A stretch of DNA of 64,000 nt from an uncultured Oligoflexales bacterium (GTDB lineage Bacteria > Bdellovibrionota_B > Oligoflexia > Oligoflexales > CAZZCU01). The notes beneath the pieces are model-generated. The model was not told the origin of the DNA. It searched no databases and saw nothing but the letters and a program-made list of their open reading frames with translations. Shown piece by piece: positions 47,883 to 56,611 of this stretch; within the stretch, counting starts at the first letter, position 1, and each line of letters begins with the position of its first letter. Both the position numbers and the translations under genes were made by a program. Where the stretch lies: the NCBI GenBank assembly GCA_964652825.1, contig CAZZCU010000002.1, positions 33,369 to 97,368 of the forward strand, given 5' to 3'.

Positions 47883-49772
47883 ATGACCATATTTAACGCA
47901 CTTGTTAAACCGATTTATATCACCACGACTCTGCTGGTAGTGCTGACGTCCGGGTTGATCTTCGCGTACTACCGCTCGCCACTGTACAATACCGTTGAAA
48001 ATCATCTTTATGATTATCGCAGCCGCCTGGCGCCGCAATTGATCGTCCCCAAACATGTGGTCGTCCTCAAAATGGACGCTAAACCGGATCAAGTACCCGG
48101 ACAGATCACAGATGGCGACCTGTCGATTCCGGCAACGCTTAAAACTATCGATGCCGCGCTAATGGCGGGTGCTCGCAGCGTCATCATCTTGTTGATGCCT
48201 CCCTATGAGCAGCCCGAGTTGGCCGCGCTCGCCGAACGCGCTGTCAACGATCCGCGGATTTTTCTCGGACTGCGCAATGTCGGCGACAGTCGCACGTTTA
48301 CCGCCTCGTTGCCGGACGTCTTGCGCCCCGCCGCCGCGCAGATCGTCGCCGCTGACTTGCAAAATTATTTTAACAACCGTGTCGTGCGCAGTCTGCCCAT
48401 CATTGATAGCCGCAACGCCAGCCGCTCGCACTTTCTGCTGCCGTATATCACCGGCATCGTTGCACGTGACGCAGTCTTGCGGCAATTTGACAATAATCTG
48501 ATCGCTCATGACATGGGCGATGAACACAGTCTGCATATGCGACTGAATTATCCGCACCCGGATAGCATCTTCACCATGGCCGGCGTGGAACAAGGCGGGA
48601 TTAATCTGCGCCTGCATAATAAAGTGGTTATCATCAGCAACACTGATTATCGCCCGACCTCGGCCAGCCGGCCGTTGCCGGTTTATGCCAATACACCCTG
48701 GCAAAGTGATGGCGACGATTTAAAGCACGGCGTGCCCAACGCCGTTATTCTGGCAATTGGACTGGAAAATATTCTCAGCGGCACATGGTTGCGCAGCGCA
48801 CCTGCTTCACTGCGGTGGTCGCAGACCTTTCTGATCAGTGCTCTGGCGGTGAGCGTATGGTTTCTGCCGCCAAGCTGGGCGGTGTTTTTGTTTTTGCTGT
48901 TGTGGTTGCTGCTGCTGATCGGTCACGGATTATTGTTTCAGATATTTCATTTGTACATTCCGCTATCGGATACCATGCTGTTTTCGCTGCTGGCGACCAT
49001 TGGCGGCAGTTTATGGCGCATGGCGCGCGAAGCTCACATGCGCGCCGAAATGCTGGCTCAAGCTGATGCTGATCGCGATTTACATCGGCTGCAGGATCAG
49101 TTTCTGCATCGCTTTGCCGGCGAACTTACCCGCTTGAATACTCTACTGATCCAACAGCTCTCCCTCCTGAGCAGTTATGCACCAGCCAGCACTTTAAGCA
49201 GTCAGGCGCAGATAAAAGCCAATAGCAGCGCCGAGGAATTAAATGATTTTCTCATCGGCATCCAACAATTCTCGGCCATGAGCGAGAAAACCACTACCGT
49301 CATCTCGGTGCACAAGCGGCCCCTGCAATTGCGCGCGCTTATTGAACGAATCCTCGATCGTTTTGAATCACGCACACATGAGTTACAACTGCGAATCGCT
49401 GTTGATGTCTCACCCGACATTCTCGTTCATACCGACGATGTTCTACTCGATCAAATTTTGTTCAATCTGATTTCCAACGCCAGCAAGTACTCACCCAAAG
49501 GCGGCCTCATTCAGATCAATGCCGTCAGTAAACATGCCAAAGTTCATATCTCTATCACTGACCAGGGTCCGGGAATCCCTGGCGACGAGATCGATAAAAT
49601 CTTTGAGAAATTTTATCGCATTCAGAATGACCAACTGTATCGCGCCAAAGGTCACGGCCTGGGTTTATATTTGAGCAAGTACTTCGCGGCACTGTTGCAC
49701 GCCGAAATCGCTGTTGAGTCAGCCGTGGGTACTGGCTCGACTTTCACCTTGATTTTGCCGGAGCCGCGCTGA
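47883..49772 (+). CDS. CHASE2-like extracytoplasmic sensor histidine kinase
   Basis: 629 aa. An N-terminal TM helix is followed by an about 300-aa periplasmic domain and three TM helices. H-box-like FLHRFAGELTRL. N box NLISNASKYS. G boxes DQGPGI and GHGLGL. Confidence 0.75.
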   Translation: MTIFNALVKPIYITTTLLVVLTSGLIFAYYRSPLYNTVENHLYDYRSRLAPQLIVPKHVVVLKMDAKPDQVPGQITDGDLSIPATLKTIDAALMAGARSVIILLMPPYEQPELAALAERAVNDPRIFLGLRNVGDSRTFTASLPDVLRPAAAQIVAADLQNYFNNRVVRSLPIIDSRNASRSHFLLPYITGIVARDAVLRQFDNNLIAHDMGDEHSLHMRLNYPHPDSIFTMAGVEQGGINLRLHNKVVIISNTDYRPTSASRPLPVYANTPWQSDGDDLKHGVPNAVILAIGLENILSGTWLRSAPASLRWSQTFLISALAVSVWFLPPSWAVFLFLLLWLLLLIGHGLLFQIFHLYIPLSDTMLFSLLATIGGSLWRMAREAHMRAEMLAQADADRDLHRLQDQFLHRFAGELTRLNTLLIQQLSLLSSYAPASTLSSQAQIKANSSAEELNDFLIGIQQFSAMSEKTTTVISVHKRPLQLRALIERILDRFESRTHELQLRIAVDVSPDILVHTDDVLLDQILFNLISNASKYSPKGGLIQINAVSKHAKVHISITDQGPGIPGDEIDKIFEKFYRIQNDQLYRAKGHGLGLYLSKYFAALLHAEIAVESAVGTGSTFTLILPEPR

Positions 49773-51715
49773 TGAAAACCTTGCGCAACATGCTTGGGAA
49801 TGTCAGATGGTGGTTGGACATCATTTACCCGCTGGGCTTGGCAGTGGTTGTTGTCTATATCCTCACCAGCGCTATGTACGCTGACCGCAAGCACCGTCGG
49901 GTCGCATCGTTTTGGGAAAATCAACTTCTCGGGATCAGTCTGCGTTTCGCCGGTGAACCGCCGAGCAGAACACCGGGCGAAATCGTGGTGATAAATTTTA
50001 CCACCGAAGACGTGGAAACTTTTGGCAAACAATCAGCTTCCGGCTTGATCGATGCTCGTATCCAGGCGTATGCCCAGATTCTGAACAAGATTGCCACCAG
50101 CGATTTTCGGCAAATCGTTCTCAGTTGGACGCCGGGCGCACACGAGGTCACCACGAAAGCCTATGCTCCACTCGTCAGCGTCCTGCAACAACCTGATCTG
50201 CATCAACGTGTCCTAGCCGGTTATCCGCAGGGCAAAGGCTGGACGGTACCCACAAGTTTTAGCGCCGCCGTGGTTCCACTCAGCGATCTGAGCTGTCAGG
50301 AACCGGTCGAGATGCTTTGTCCCTATATGCCAAACATGCGTGATTGGATCATCCAACGGCTGTTTGAAGATGCAATCACTACCAGCGATGACAAGGCCGC
50401 AGACAAACCGGCAATTAGCACAAACCTGACTTTGCCCCAGGCCGGCTACATCTTGTATTTGCCGCGACGCGAGCAGTTAACGCAATTGTCGTTTACTCAG
50501 GTCCTGGCGGCGGATTTTTCGACCGAAAGTTTACGCGATAAATTTATTTATATCGGCAACAACATGGTGCAGGGTCCGCAAGTCGGTGATCAGGTGGATC
50601 TGATTCGCCGCGTTTTCACGGTACATGACCGTGAACGTGGCAATGATCTTCGCAATAACGGCACGCCGATGCACATTTTCTGGGCCAGTCTCACGCAACA
50701 ATTACGCTCGCACATGCTGATTCCCGTACCGCCGCGCTGGTTGACGCTGTTTTTTGCAGGCGCCATCTGTATCTGCTCATGGCTGCTCATCGCTTATCGC
50801 GGGTTAGCCGCAGCGTTGGCGAGTTATCTGATTTTTGTATTGTTGATGCCGTTCATCAATGCTTTTGGCATCAAGCAACAGTGGTTTTACGTGCCGGTCT
50901 TCGACGCTTATTATGCCGGCGTGATTTCGCTGATCTTCGCGAGTTTCGTGCGACTGTCCTACACGACCTTCACGCGTTGGAAGTCCATTGCTGATTCGCG
51001 ATTGGAAAACCGCACCCGCGATCTCAAAGAGAATTTCGTCAGCATGTTCAGTCATAATCTCAATACTCCTATCGCGAAAGTTCTTGGGACACTGGAGATT
51101 ATTAACCAGCAGTCGAACTCGCCAGAACAACTAAACGATTTGCACACCGCGCTGCTGACGGCAACACAGATGCAATTGCTAGTCCGTTGCGCTTTGATCA
51201 GTGCAGCCGCCCGCGAGAACTCACTCGGACAGGAAAATCTCACGATCGCCAGCTTGCGACAGGAGCTGGTCGGTACGCTGCCGCAGGTCGCCCGACGTCT
51301 GGGCTTTCAGTTAAATTTTACGCCGATGACGATACCCGACGATGAGGTTTTGCCAATTCAATGTGATCGTCGCGCCATCACCACACTGGTGTTATCGATG
51401 CTGGCGCTGGCCAAACAAGAACAGACGAACACTAAGATAACGATGGGAATCGAGGCTATTGTTGATCAGGGTGTCGCTTTCAACCGCAATCTACGCCTGA
51501 TTTTTGATGGTCGTGGCTGGGGTGAGGTCAGAACGCGGGATCAGCTGCTCAATCGACCGGCTTCGACAAGCATGGACAGTTTTTTTATCCATGTACTGGA
51601 ACAAACCATTAACGAGGTCTTACGCAGCTACCATGCACGCGTGTCTCACGATGTCGATCGTATCATTATCGAATTAGCCTGCGCCCGTGGTATCGCGCCC
51701 CAACGAGATGCCTGA
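49772..51715 (+). CDS. CHASE2-like membrane protein with HisKA H-box but degenerate ATP-binding domain (pseudo-kinase?)
   Basis: The start overlaps the upstream stop (TGATG). It has the same topology as the upstream gene. H-box FVSMFSHNLNTPI. I recognise no N box or DxGxG and GxGxG boxes in the C-terminal part. Confidence 0.6.
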   Translation: MKTLRNMLGNVRWWLDIIYPLGLAVVVVYILTSAMYADRKHRRVASFWENQLLGISLRFAGEPPSRTPGEIVVINFTTEDVETFGKQSASGLIDARIQAYAQILNKIATSDFRQIVLSWTPGAHEVTTKAYAPLVSVLQQPDLHQRVLAGYPQGKGWTVPTSFSAAVVPLSDLSCQEPVEMLCPYMPNMRDWIIQRLFEDAITTSDDKAADKPAISTNLTLPQAGYILYLPRREQLTQLSFTQVLAADFSTESLRDKFIYIGNNMVQGPQVGDQVDLIRRVFTVHDRERGNDLRNNGTPMHIFWASLTQQLRSHMLIPVPPRWLTLFFAGAICICSWLLIAYRGLAAALASYLIFVLLMPFINAFGIKQQWFYVPVFDAYYAGVISLIFASFVRLSYTTFTRWKSIADSRLENRTRDLKENFVSMFSHNLNTPIAKVLGTLEIINQQSNSPEQLNDLHTALLTATQMQLLVRCALISAAARENSLGQENLTIASLRQELVGTLPQVARRLGFQLNFTPMTIPDDEVLPIQCDRRAITTLVLSMLALAKQEQTNTKITMGIEAIVDQGVAFNRNLRLIFDGRGWGEVRTRDQLLNRPASTSMDSFFIHVLEQTINEVLRSYHARVSHDVDRIIIELACARGIAPQRDA

Positions 51716-52765
51716 CGCCTCGGCCGCCAGCAAATACGGGTTGTCCAACTCCAGCGGTCGATATTTACCCGCGGCTTTGTCATAACTGACCTCGGTAAAA
51801 CCGCTGCCTGCCTTGGCGACAAACATGCCGAACTTCTTCTGCTTGACCAGATCAACGGCGCGGGTGCCGAACACCGTCGCCAGCACGCGATCGTAAGGTG
51901 TTGGTGTTCCGCCACGCTGAATATGACCGAGTACGGTGACGCGGGTTTCGATTTTGGTGCGAGCAAACAATTCCTGCGCGACCAGACCACCGATACCGCC
52001 CAGATTCTTGGGTTGATGCGCGGATGTCGTACTCACCACATAATTAGCATTAGCGCCGGCTTCGTGCGCGCCCTCGGCAACCACTACCAGGCTGTAATAA
52101 CGACCTTGCCGACGCCGCTGCTCAATCTTGGCAGTGATATATTGATAATCAAAGGGTATCTCCGGTAGCAAAATGATGTTGGCGCCACCAGCCATCCCAG
52201 CGTGCAAGGCGATGTGCCCGGCATCGCGTCCCATGACTTCCAGAAGCATAATGCGATCATGCGATTCCGCCGTTGATTGCAGCCGTGATACCGCCTCGGC
52301 CGCGACTTCAACCGCGGTATTAAAACCAATCGTCTCATCGGTCGCGGCAAGATCATTATCAATAGTCTTGGGCACGCCAACAATATTGATGCCGTATTGC
52401 AGCAACTGGTGCGCAATGGTTTGCGTGCCGTCGCCGCCAACAACAATAATCGCTTCGAGCCCGAGCTGCTTATAAGCATCGACGATCAACTGGATTTTTT
52501 TCTTGGATTCCTCAGAACCACCGGCAAACGGATTACCGGCATTGGTGGTGCCAAGGATCGTGCCCCCCTTAGGCAGAATATCGCTGACGTCGTCAAGCGT
52601 GAGCTTGCGGACCTGCAGCGGCCGTGCCATCAGCCCATTGAAGCTATCCTTGATACCGTGAACTTCCCAGCCATAAGTACCAATCGCGTGCTTGACGACG
52701 GCACGAATCACAGCATTCAAGCCAGGACAGTCGCCGCCACCCGTGCATAAACCGATTTTCACCAC
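51674..52765 (-). CDS. pfkA: ATP-dependent 6-phosphofructokinase
   Basis: Motifs GGGDCPGLNAVIRAVV, VVGGDGT, PKTIDND and MGR are present. I prefer the GTG start at about 52765, preceded by GGGAGA, because the long N-terminal extension in the ORF track (to 52918) has no PFK similarity. Confidence 0.85.
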   Translation of the reverse strand: MVKIGLCTGGGDCPGLNAVIRAVVKHAIGTYGWEVHGIKDSFNGLMARPLQVRKLTLDDVSDILPKGGTILGTTNAGNPFAGGSEESKKKIQLIVDAYKQLGLEAIIVVGGDGTQTIAHQLLQYGINIVGVPKTIDNDLAATDETIGFNTAVEVAAEAVSRLQSTAESHDRIMLLEVMGRDAGHIALHAGMAGGANIILLPEIPFDYQYITAKIEQRRRQGRYYSLVVVAEGAHEAGANANYVVSTTSAHQPKNLGGIGGLVAQELFARTKIETRVTVLGHIQRGGTPTPYDRVLATVFGTRAVDLVKQKKFGMFVAKAGSGFTEVSYDKAAGKYRPLELDNPYLLAAEASGISLGRDTTGAG

Positions 52766-52868
52766 AACATCTCCCGCGCCTGAACGTGCATTTTGCACTC
52801 CACATGTTACACTAGATTCTAACATTAACCGGATACATTTGGTGCTACCAGGTAACCCATAACTCAGA

Positions 52869-54059
52869 GTGGCGATGGAATTTCCCAAAAAAATCCTGAT
52901 GGTCGATGATGATCCCACCGTAGCGACGGTTTTGGAAAATCAACTTCAACCCTACGGCGTGCAGCTGGCCAAAGCCGCGAATTTGGATACGGCGCTTTAC
53001 TTATTTAACACCCAACGTTTTGAGCTGGTATTGGTCGAGTTAGAATTTGAACCGCTATCGGGTTTGGCTTTGGTGCAGAAATGGCGCCAGCACGAAATCG
53101 AAGATAAGCGTCTAACACCAATCATTGTTATGACCGGCTTGCAGCGCGATGCTTTTGACGAAAATCTGCTCAAGGAAATCGGGGATGTCGAAGCCATCAT
53201 GAAGCCTTTTACCGCCGTGCAGCTCCATCCGGTTGTGCAGCGGGCTTTGCAACGCCACACCGAATCAGCCAAGTACGAAGAAGTTCACAAGATGGCCGTC
53301 AAGATGATCGGCCCGGGCCGAGATGCCAGCAAAGCCATCGCTTACGTCACGAAAAATCTCGAGGGTACCGGTGTACGCGGCAAACGCATGCTTGGTGATC
53401 TATACGAAGCAGGCGAACAATACGATGACGGGTTGAAAGTGGTGAGTCAGTTGCTGCAACAAACCCCTGAAGATATCAGCCTACTGAACAGCAAGGGGCG
53501 TCTGCTGCTCAAACTGGGGCGTTTTCAGGAAGCAGCGCAGCACATGGAAAAAGCCGATCAGATGGCACCCGGCAATATCGAGCGCATCAATCAGATGGCG
53601 CTGATGTACCTCAAAATGAACGACCCACAAATGTCCGTCAAGAAAATGAAGGACCTGATCAAACTAAACCCGGAAAATCCTGATCTCAAATTTGATATGT
53701 TCACCAAACTTCACGAGCATGGTTTTGACAAAGAAGCGCAGGCATTCTGTAAGGAGACCACTGGCCCGCAGGAGGTCGTTAAGCACTACAACAACAAAGG
53801 CGTTGCGTTGTCGAAAACCAATAATACTGAGGCCGCATTAACCGAATACGAACGAGCCTTGCAGTATTTTCCGACCTACAAAGAAAATTATCGCATCTAT
53901 TTTAATATCGCCCTGGCTCATGTCGCGCAAAAAACTCAGGCAGGCCTGGAACTGGCGCAGGAAGCTTTAAAAAAATGTCTGGAACTAAATCCTGGCTTTG
54001 AAAAAGGCGTGAAGACCCTGGAGGCGGTCGAAAAAAATCTCGAAAAATTCAAAAAATGA
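52869..54059 (+). CDS. receiver-domain protein fused to TPR repeats; Glu at the phospho-acceptor position
   Basis: The receiver has MVDDDP, IVMTG and MKPF motifs. The position equivalent to CheY D57 is E57 (LVLVELEFEP, codon 53037..53039). The C-terminal part has about 7 TPR-like helical repeats. Confidence 0.8.
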   Translation: MAMEFPKKILMVDDDPTVATVLENQLQPYGVQLAKAANLDTALYLFNTQRFELVLVELEFEPLSGLALVQKWRQHEIEDKRLTPIIVMTGLQRDAFDENLLKEIGDVEAIMKPFTAVQLHPVVQRALQRHTESAKYEEVHKMAVKMIGPGRDASKAIAYVTKNLEGTGVRGKRMLGDLYEAGEQYDDGLKVVSQLLQQTPEDISLLNSKGRLLLKLGRFQEAAQHMEKADQMAPGNIERINQMALMYLKMNDPQMSVKKMKDLIKLNPENPDLKFDMFTKLHEHGFDKEAQAFCKETTGPQEVVKHYNNKGVALSKTNNTEAALTEYERALQYFPTYKENYRIYFNIALAHVAQKTQAGLELAQEALKKCLELNPGFEKGVKTLEAVEKNLEKFKK

Positions 54060-54083
54060 ATTGAGATCCTTCGCCACACGCCC

Positions 54084-54677
54084 TTACAAACTCTGGAAAA
54101 CTTCGACGAGCTTCTTATGCTCCGCTACTTCCTTTTTGCGGGCCACACTGATATTAACCATATACAAACGATGCAAAATTTTGACGTCACCAGAAGCGGT
54201 TTTGATTGCATGCACATATTCGTATTTCACCGCGTCATAGACGTTCGGCGTATAGTCAGCCAGCGTGTTGGCTTTATTTACTTGCGACAAAAAAGTTTTC
54301 GCCTGTGTTTCATTTAAAGATGTCGTCGGACCGGCTTCCGAGCCAGCCGGCGGCACTTTCGTCACCCGCAGCGGATTGGCGTCATCACCGAGCACATAGA
54401 CTTGACCGCTATCCACCCAACCAGAACTGCTGAACAACCCCCAAGCTTCGCTGGCGGAGCTGTCACGCAACTGATCGAACATGACTATCTGCCAGTTGCT
54501 GGCGACACGCGCGGCGGCGGCCAGCGCCTGGCTGGTAGCGGGAGCATTGGCAGCAGTCGCCGGCGTCTGTTCCAGACTACGGGTATTACTGGGTGTAAGA
54601 TTCGACAAGCAACCGGCGGTCAAACCAAACAGCGCCAAAAAACAGAACGTTGATGTGGTAATTATCTGCCTACGCAT
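54084..54677 (-). CDS. hypothetical lipoprotein
   Basis: The internal Met start (MRRQIITTSTFCFLALFGLTAGC) gives a lipoprotein signal. Confidence 0.5.
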   Translation of the reverse strand: MRRQIITTSTFCFLALFGLTAGCLSNLTPSNTRSLEQTPATAANAPATSQALAAAARVASNWQIVMFDQLRDSSASEAWGLFSSSGWVDSGQVYVLGDDANPLRVTKVPPAGSEAGPTTSLNETQAKTFLSQVNKANTLADYTPNVYDAVKYEYVHAIKTASGDVKILHRLYMVNISVARKKEVAEHKKLVEVFQSL

Positions 54678-54699
54678 AATCGACTCCTCGCGGTACCTG

Positions 54700-54996
54700 T
54701 TATTCACAAAACTTGATGGCGTCAATGGTTCTTGGGATCGCCAGGCTTTTTACTTTCATTTCCGAATAACGAAATTTTTTGTTGTAGGCCGACTTGGCGA
54801 AATCAAGCGTCGACTGCAGCCGGCAATCTTCCTTGTTGACGACCAGGTTACGGGCGCAGACGGGGATAAATCCCTCCTGCACCTGGCCAATGCGTACAGT
54901 GTCCGGCATCAGATACCATTCACATTTCTTTTTGTGCTCGGGATCACAAGCAAGCGTCAGCGGCAAAAGAACTATCAGCGAAAAAATCAGCTTCAA
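54700..54996 (-). CDS. hypothetical Cys-containing small lipoprotein
   Basis: The TTG start at 54996 gives MKLIFSLIVLLPLTLAC, a clean lipoprotein signal. ATG 55086 from the ORF track would add 30 non-signal residues and overlap the divergent gene. Confidence 0.4.
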   Translation of the reverse strand: MKLIFSLIVLLPLTLACDPEHKKKCEWYLMPDTVRIGQVQEGFIPVCARNLVVNKEDCRLQSTLDFAKSAYNKKFRYSEMKVKSLAIPRTIDAIKFCE

Positions 54997-55048
54997 GATG
55001 AACCCCGTTACAGTTATGGTGTTGCCATGTGAGAATCCATGGGACTTG

Positions 55049-56083
55049 ATGATTATGGTGCCAAACTCATCCGCGTTTGCAAACAAAATACCACGAATCG
55101 ATGCTGAGATTCAGATATTTACTGAATTGATCGCGACTCTGAGCACGAGCACGACCATCACCACCGAGCAATTGGCGGATTGCGTGTACCTATTGACACC
55201 CAAGGCGGCAACGGCGGTGCTGCCTGCCGGAAAAATCGCCGGCCTGTCCTTAATGGCCTTAACGCATGGCAACGAAGTCGGCGGCGTGGTCGTTCTTAAC
55301 GAATTGTTACGAGGACTCATCGGTGGCGTGATGCAATGCCCGCTCCCCATCATTTTGGCGCTTGGCAACCCCGGCGCGGCCAAACGCAACCAGCGTTTTG
55401 TTGATCGCGATCTCAATCGCTCCTTTTTGTTGGCAAGTACCGACACCAGCGAAGCCAGGCGTGCCGATGAACTGGAACAAATCCTCGGCAAAACCGCCTA
55501 TCTGGTGGATTTTCATCAGACACGCGAGATTTCGGAAAATCCGTTTTTTATCTTCCCTTACACGAGCAAGGGGTTCGCGTTTGCTCAGGCGATCGCGCCG
55601 CAGATTCCGGTAGTGACGCATTGGGGGCGACCGTTCTCCGAGGACGGACGTTGCAGCGACGAGTATGTTAATAGTCAAGGTGGCGTCGGCATTACTATCG
55701 AAGTCGGACAAAACGGCTATGCGCCGTTCTCCATTGGAGCTGGACTGTGGGTCGCCGTACAAGCGTTACGGGTCGCGCATGCCTATCTAGCGCAAAAACC
55801 ACTCATCCACGATCAGCAGATAACTCCGGAGATTTATACCTGGTTGGATATCCTGAAATATCAGGACTACGGCACTGACGACATCAGCCTGCTACCAGGC
55901 TGGCGTAACTTCAGTCATGTGCGAGCCGGCCAGCAACTGGGCACGGCCGCCAGTAAACCCATTGTCACGCCCGCCGAAGCCTGGTTATTGTTCCCACAAT
56001 ATCCTAAGCCCGGTGACCAGCGCCGACCGACCGAACTCTGCCGGCTGATGCGGCGGATTACCCCCGCCGATTTGCCGAGCTAG
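55049..56083 (+). CDS. succinylglutamate desuccinylase/aspartoacylase (AstE/AspA, M14-like) family protein
   Basis: THGNEVGG motif and other family-like segments. The start is ambiguous among ATG 54998, 55049 and 55055. The ORF-track start at 54794 is very unlikely. Confidence 0.7.
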   Translation: MIMVPNSSAFANKIPRIDAEIQIFTELIATLSTSTTITTEQLADCVYLLTPKAATAVLPAGKIAGLSLMALTHGNEVGGVVVLNELLRGLIGGVMQCPLPIILALGNPGAAKRNQRFVDRDLNRSFLLASTDTSEARRADELEQILGKTAYLVDFHQTREISENPFFIFPYTSKGFAFAQAIAPQIPVVTHWGRPFSEDGRCSDEYVNSQGGVGITIEVGQNGYAPFSIGAGLWVAVQALRVAHAYLAQKPLIHDQQITPEIYTWLDILKYQDYGTDDISLLPGWRNFSHVRAGQQLGTAASKPIVTPAEAWLLFPQYPKPGDQRRPTELCRLMRRITPADLPS

Positions 56084-56244
56084 TGATTGGAACGAAGGTT
56101 GCAGACCTTTAACCGCGGCAGGAATGAAACCGCCAGATAGACGCATTACTTGTTGATTTTATTGATATTTTTATTATAGCTGGCTGTTTAAAAGTCAGTA
56201 TTGGTGTGCTTTTTATACCAGTCTTTGGAAAGGATGGTGACATT

Positions 56245-56385
56245 ATGAAACAGGCAAAACCCCAGCCCCAGACCCCGGCAACCACTGTTAAGGTCGTCAA
56301 TAAACCGGTTCTAGCCAAAGATCAGGGCAAGGATCAGGTAAAAGCTTTTAAGGAAGGCTTCGGCTGTAAAACTATCAACGGCTAA
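56245..56385 (+). CDS. candidate 46-aa hydrophilic small protein
   Basis: The sequence is MKQAKPQPQTPATTVKVVNKPVLAKDQGKDQVKAFKEGFGCKTING. It falls below the ORF-track cut-off and has a weak Shine-Dalgarno (GGTGA). It competes with the implausible antisense ORF 56109..56318. Confidence 0.25.
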   Translation: MKQAKPQPQTPATTVKVVNKPVLAKDQGKDQVKAFKEGFGCKTING

Positions 56386-56439
56386 ATAATTATCGCCAAG
56401 TGCTGATAGTTCCCAGCCTACGTGAACCAATAATAGACT

Positions 56440-56559
56440 TTACAACTTCTTGCCGTGCGGACTTTTGCCTTTCTTGCGCTTCACACGTGCTTTTTTGGCC
56501 GCACGAAAACGCACGGATTTTTTACGATTCTTTGGTGGACGATTTTTACGAGCTGCCAT
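56440..56559 (-). CDS. candidate 39-aa highly basic small protein
   Basis: The sequence is MAARKNRPPKNRKKSVRFRAAKKARVKRKKGKSPHGKKL. A GGAG lies 9 nt upstream of the ATG. It is not in the ORF track because it is under 60 aa. Confidence 0.35.
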   Translation of the reverse strand: MAARKNRPPKNRKKSVRFRAAKKARVKRKKGKSPHGKKL

Positions 56560-56611
56560 GAATAAACTCCGTGATCTTGATTTGCGTATTTTTTACTTTT
56601 GTCTTTACTGC

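Noticed and set aside
51674-51715. The 3' ends of the pseudo-kinase gene and pfk overlap convergently by 42 nt.
   Set aside because: Short convergent overlaps are common and need no special explanation. I saw no associated structure.
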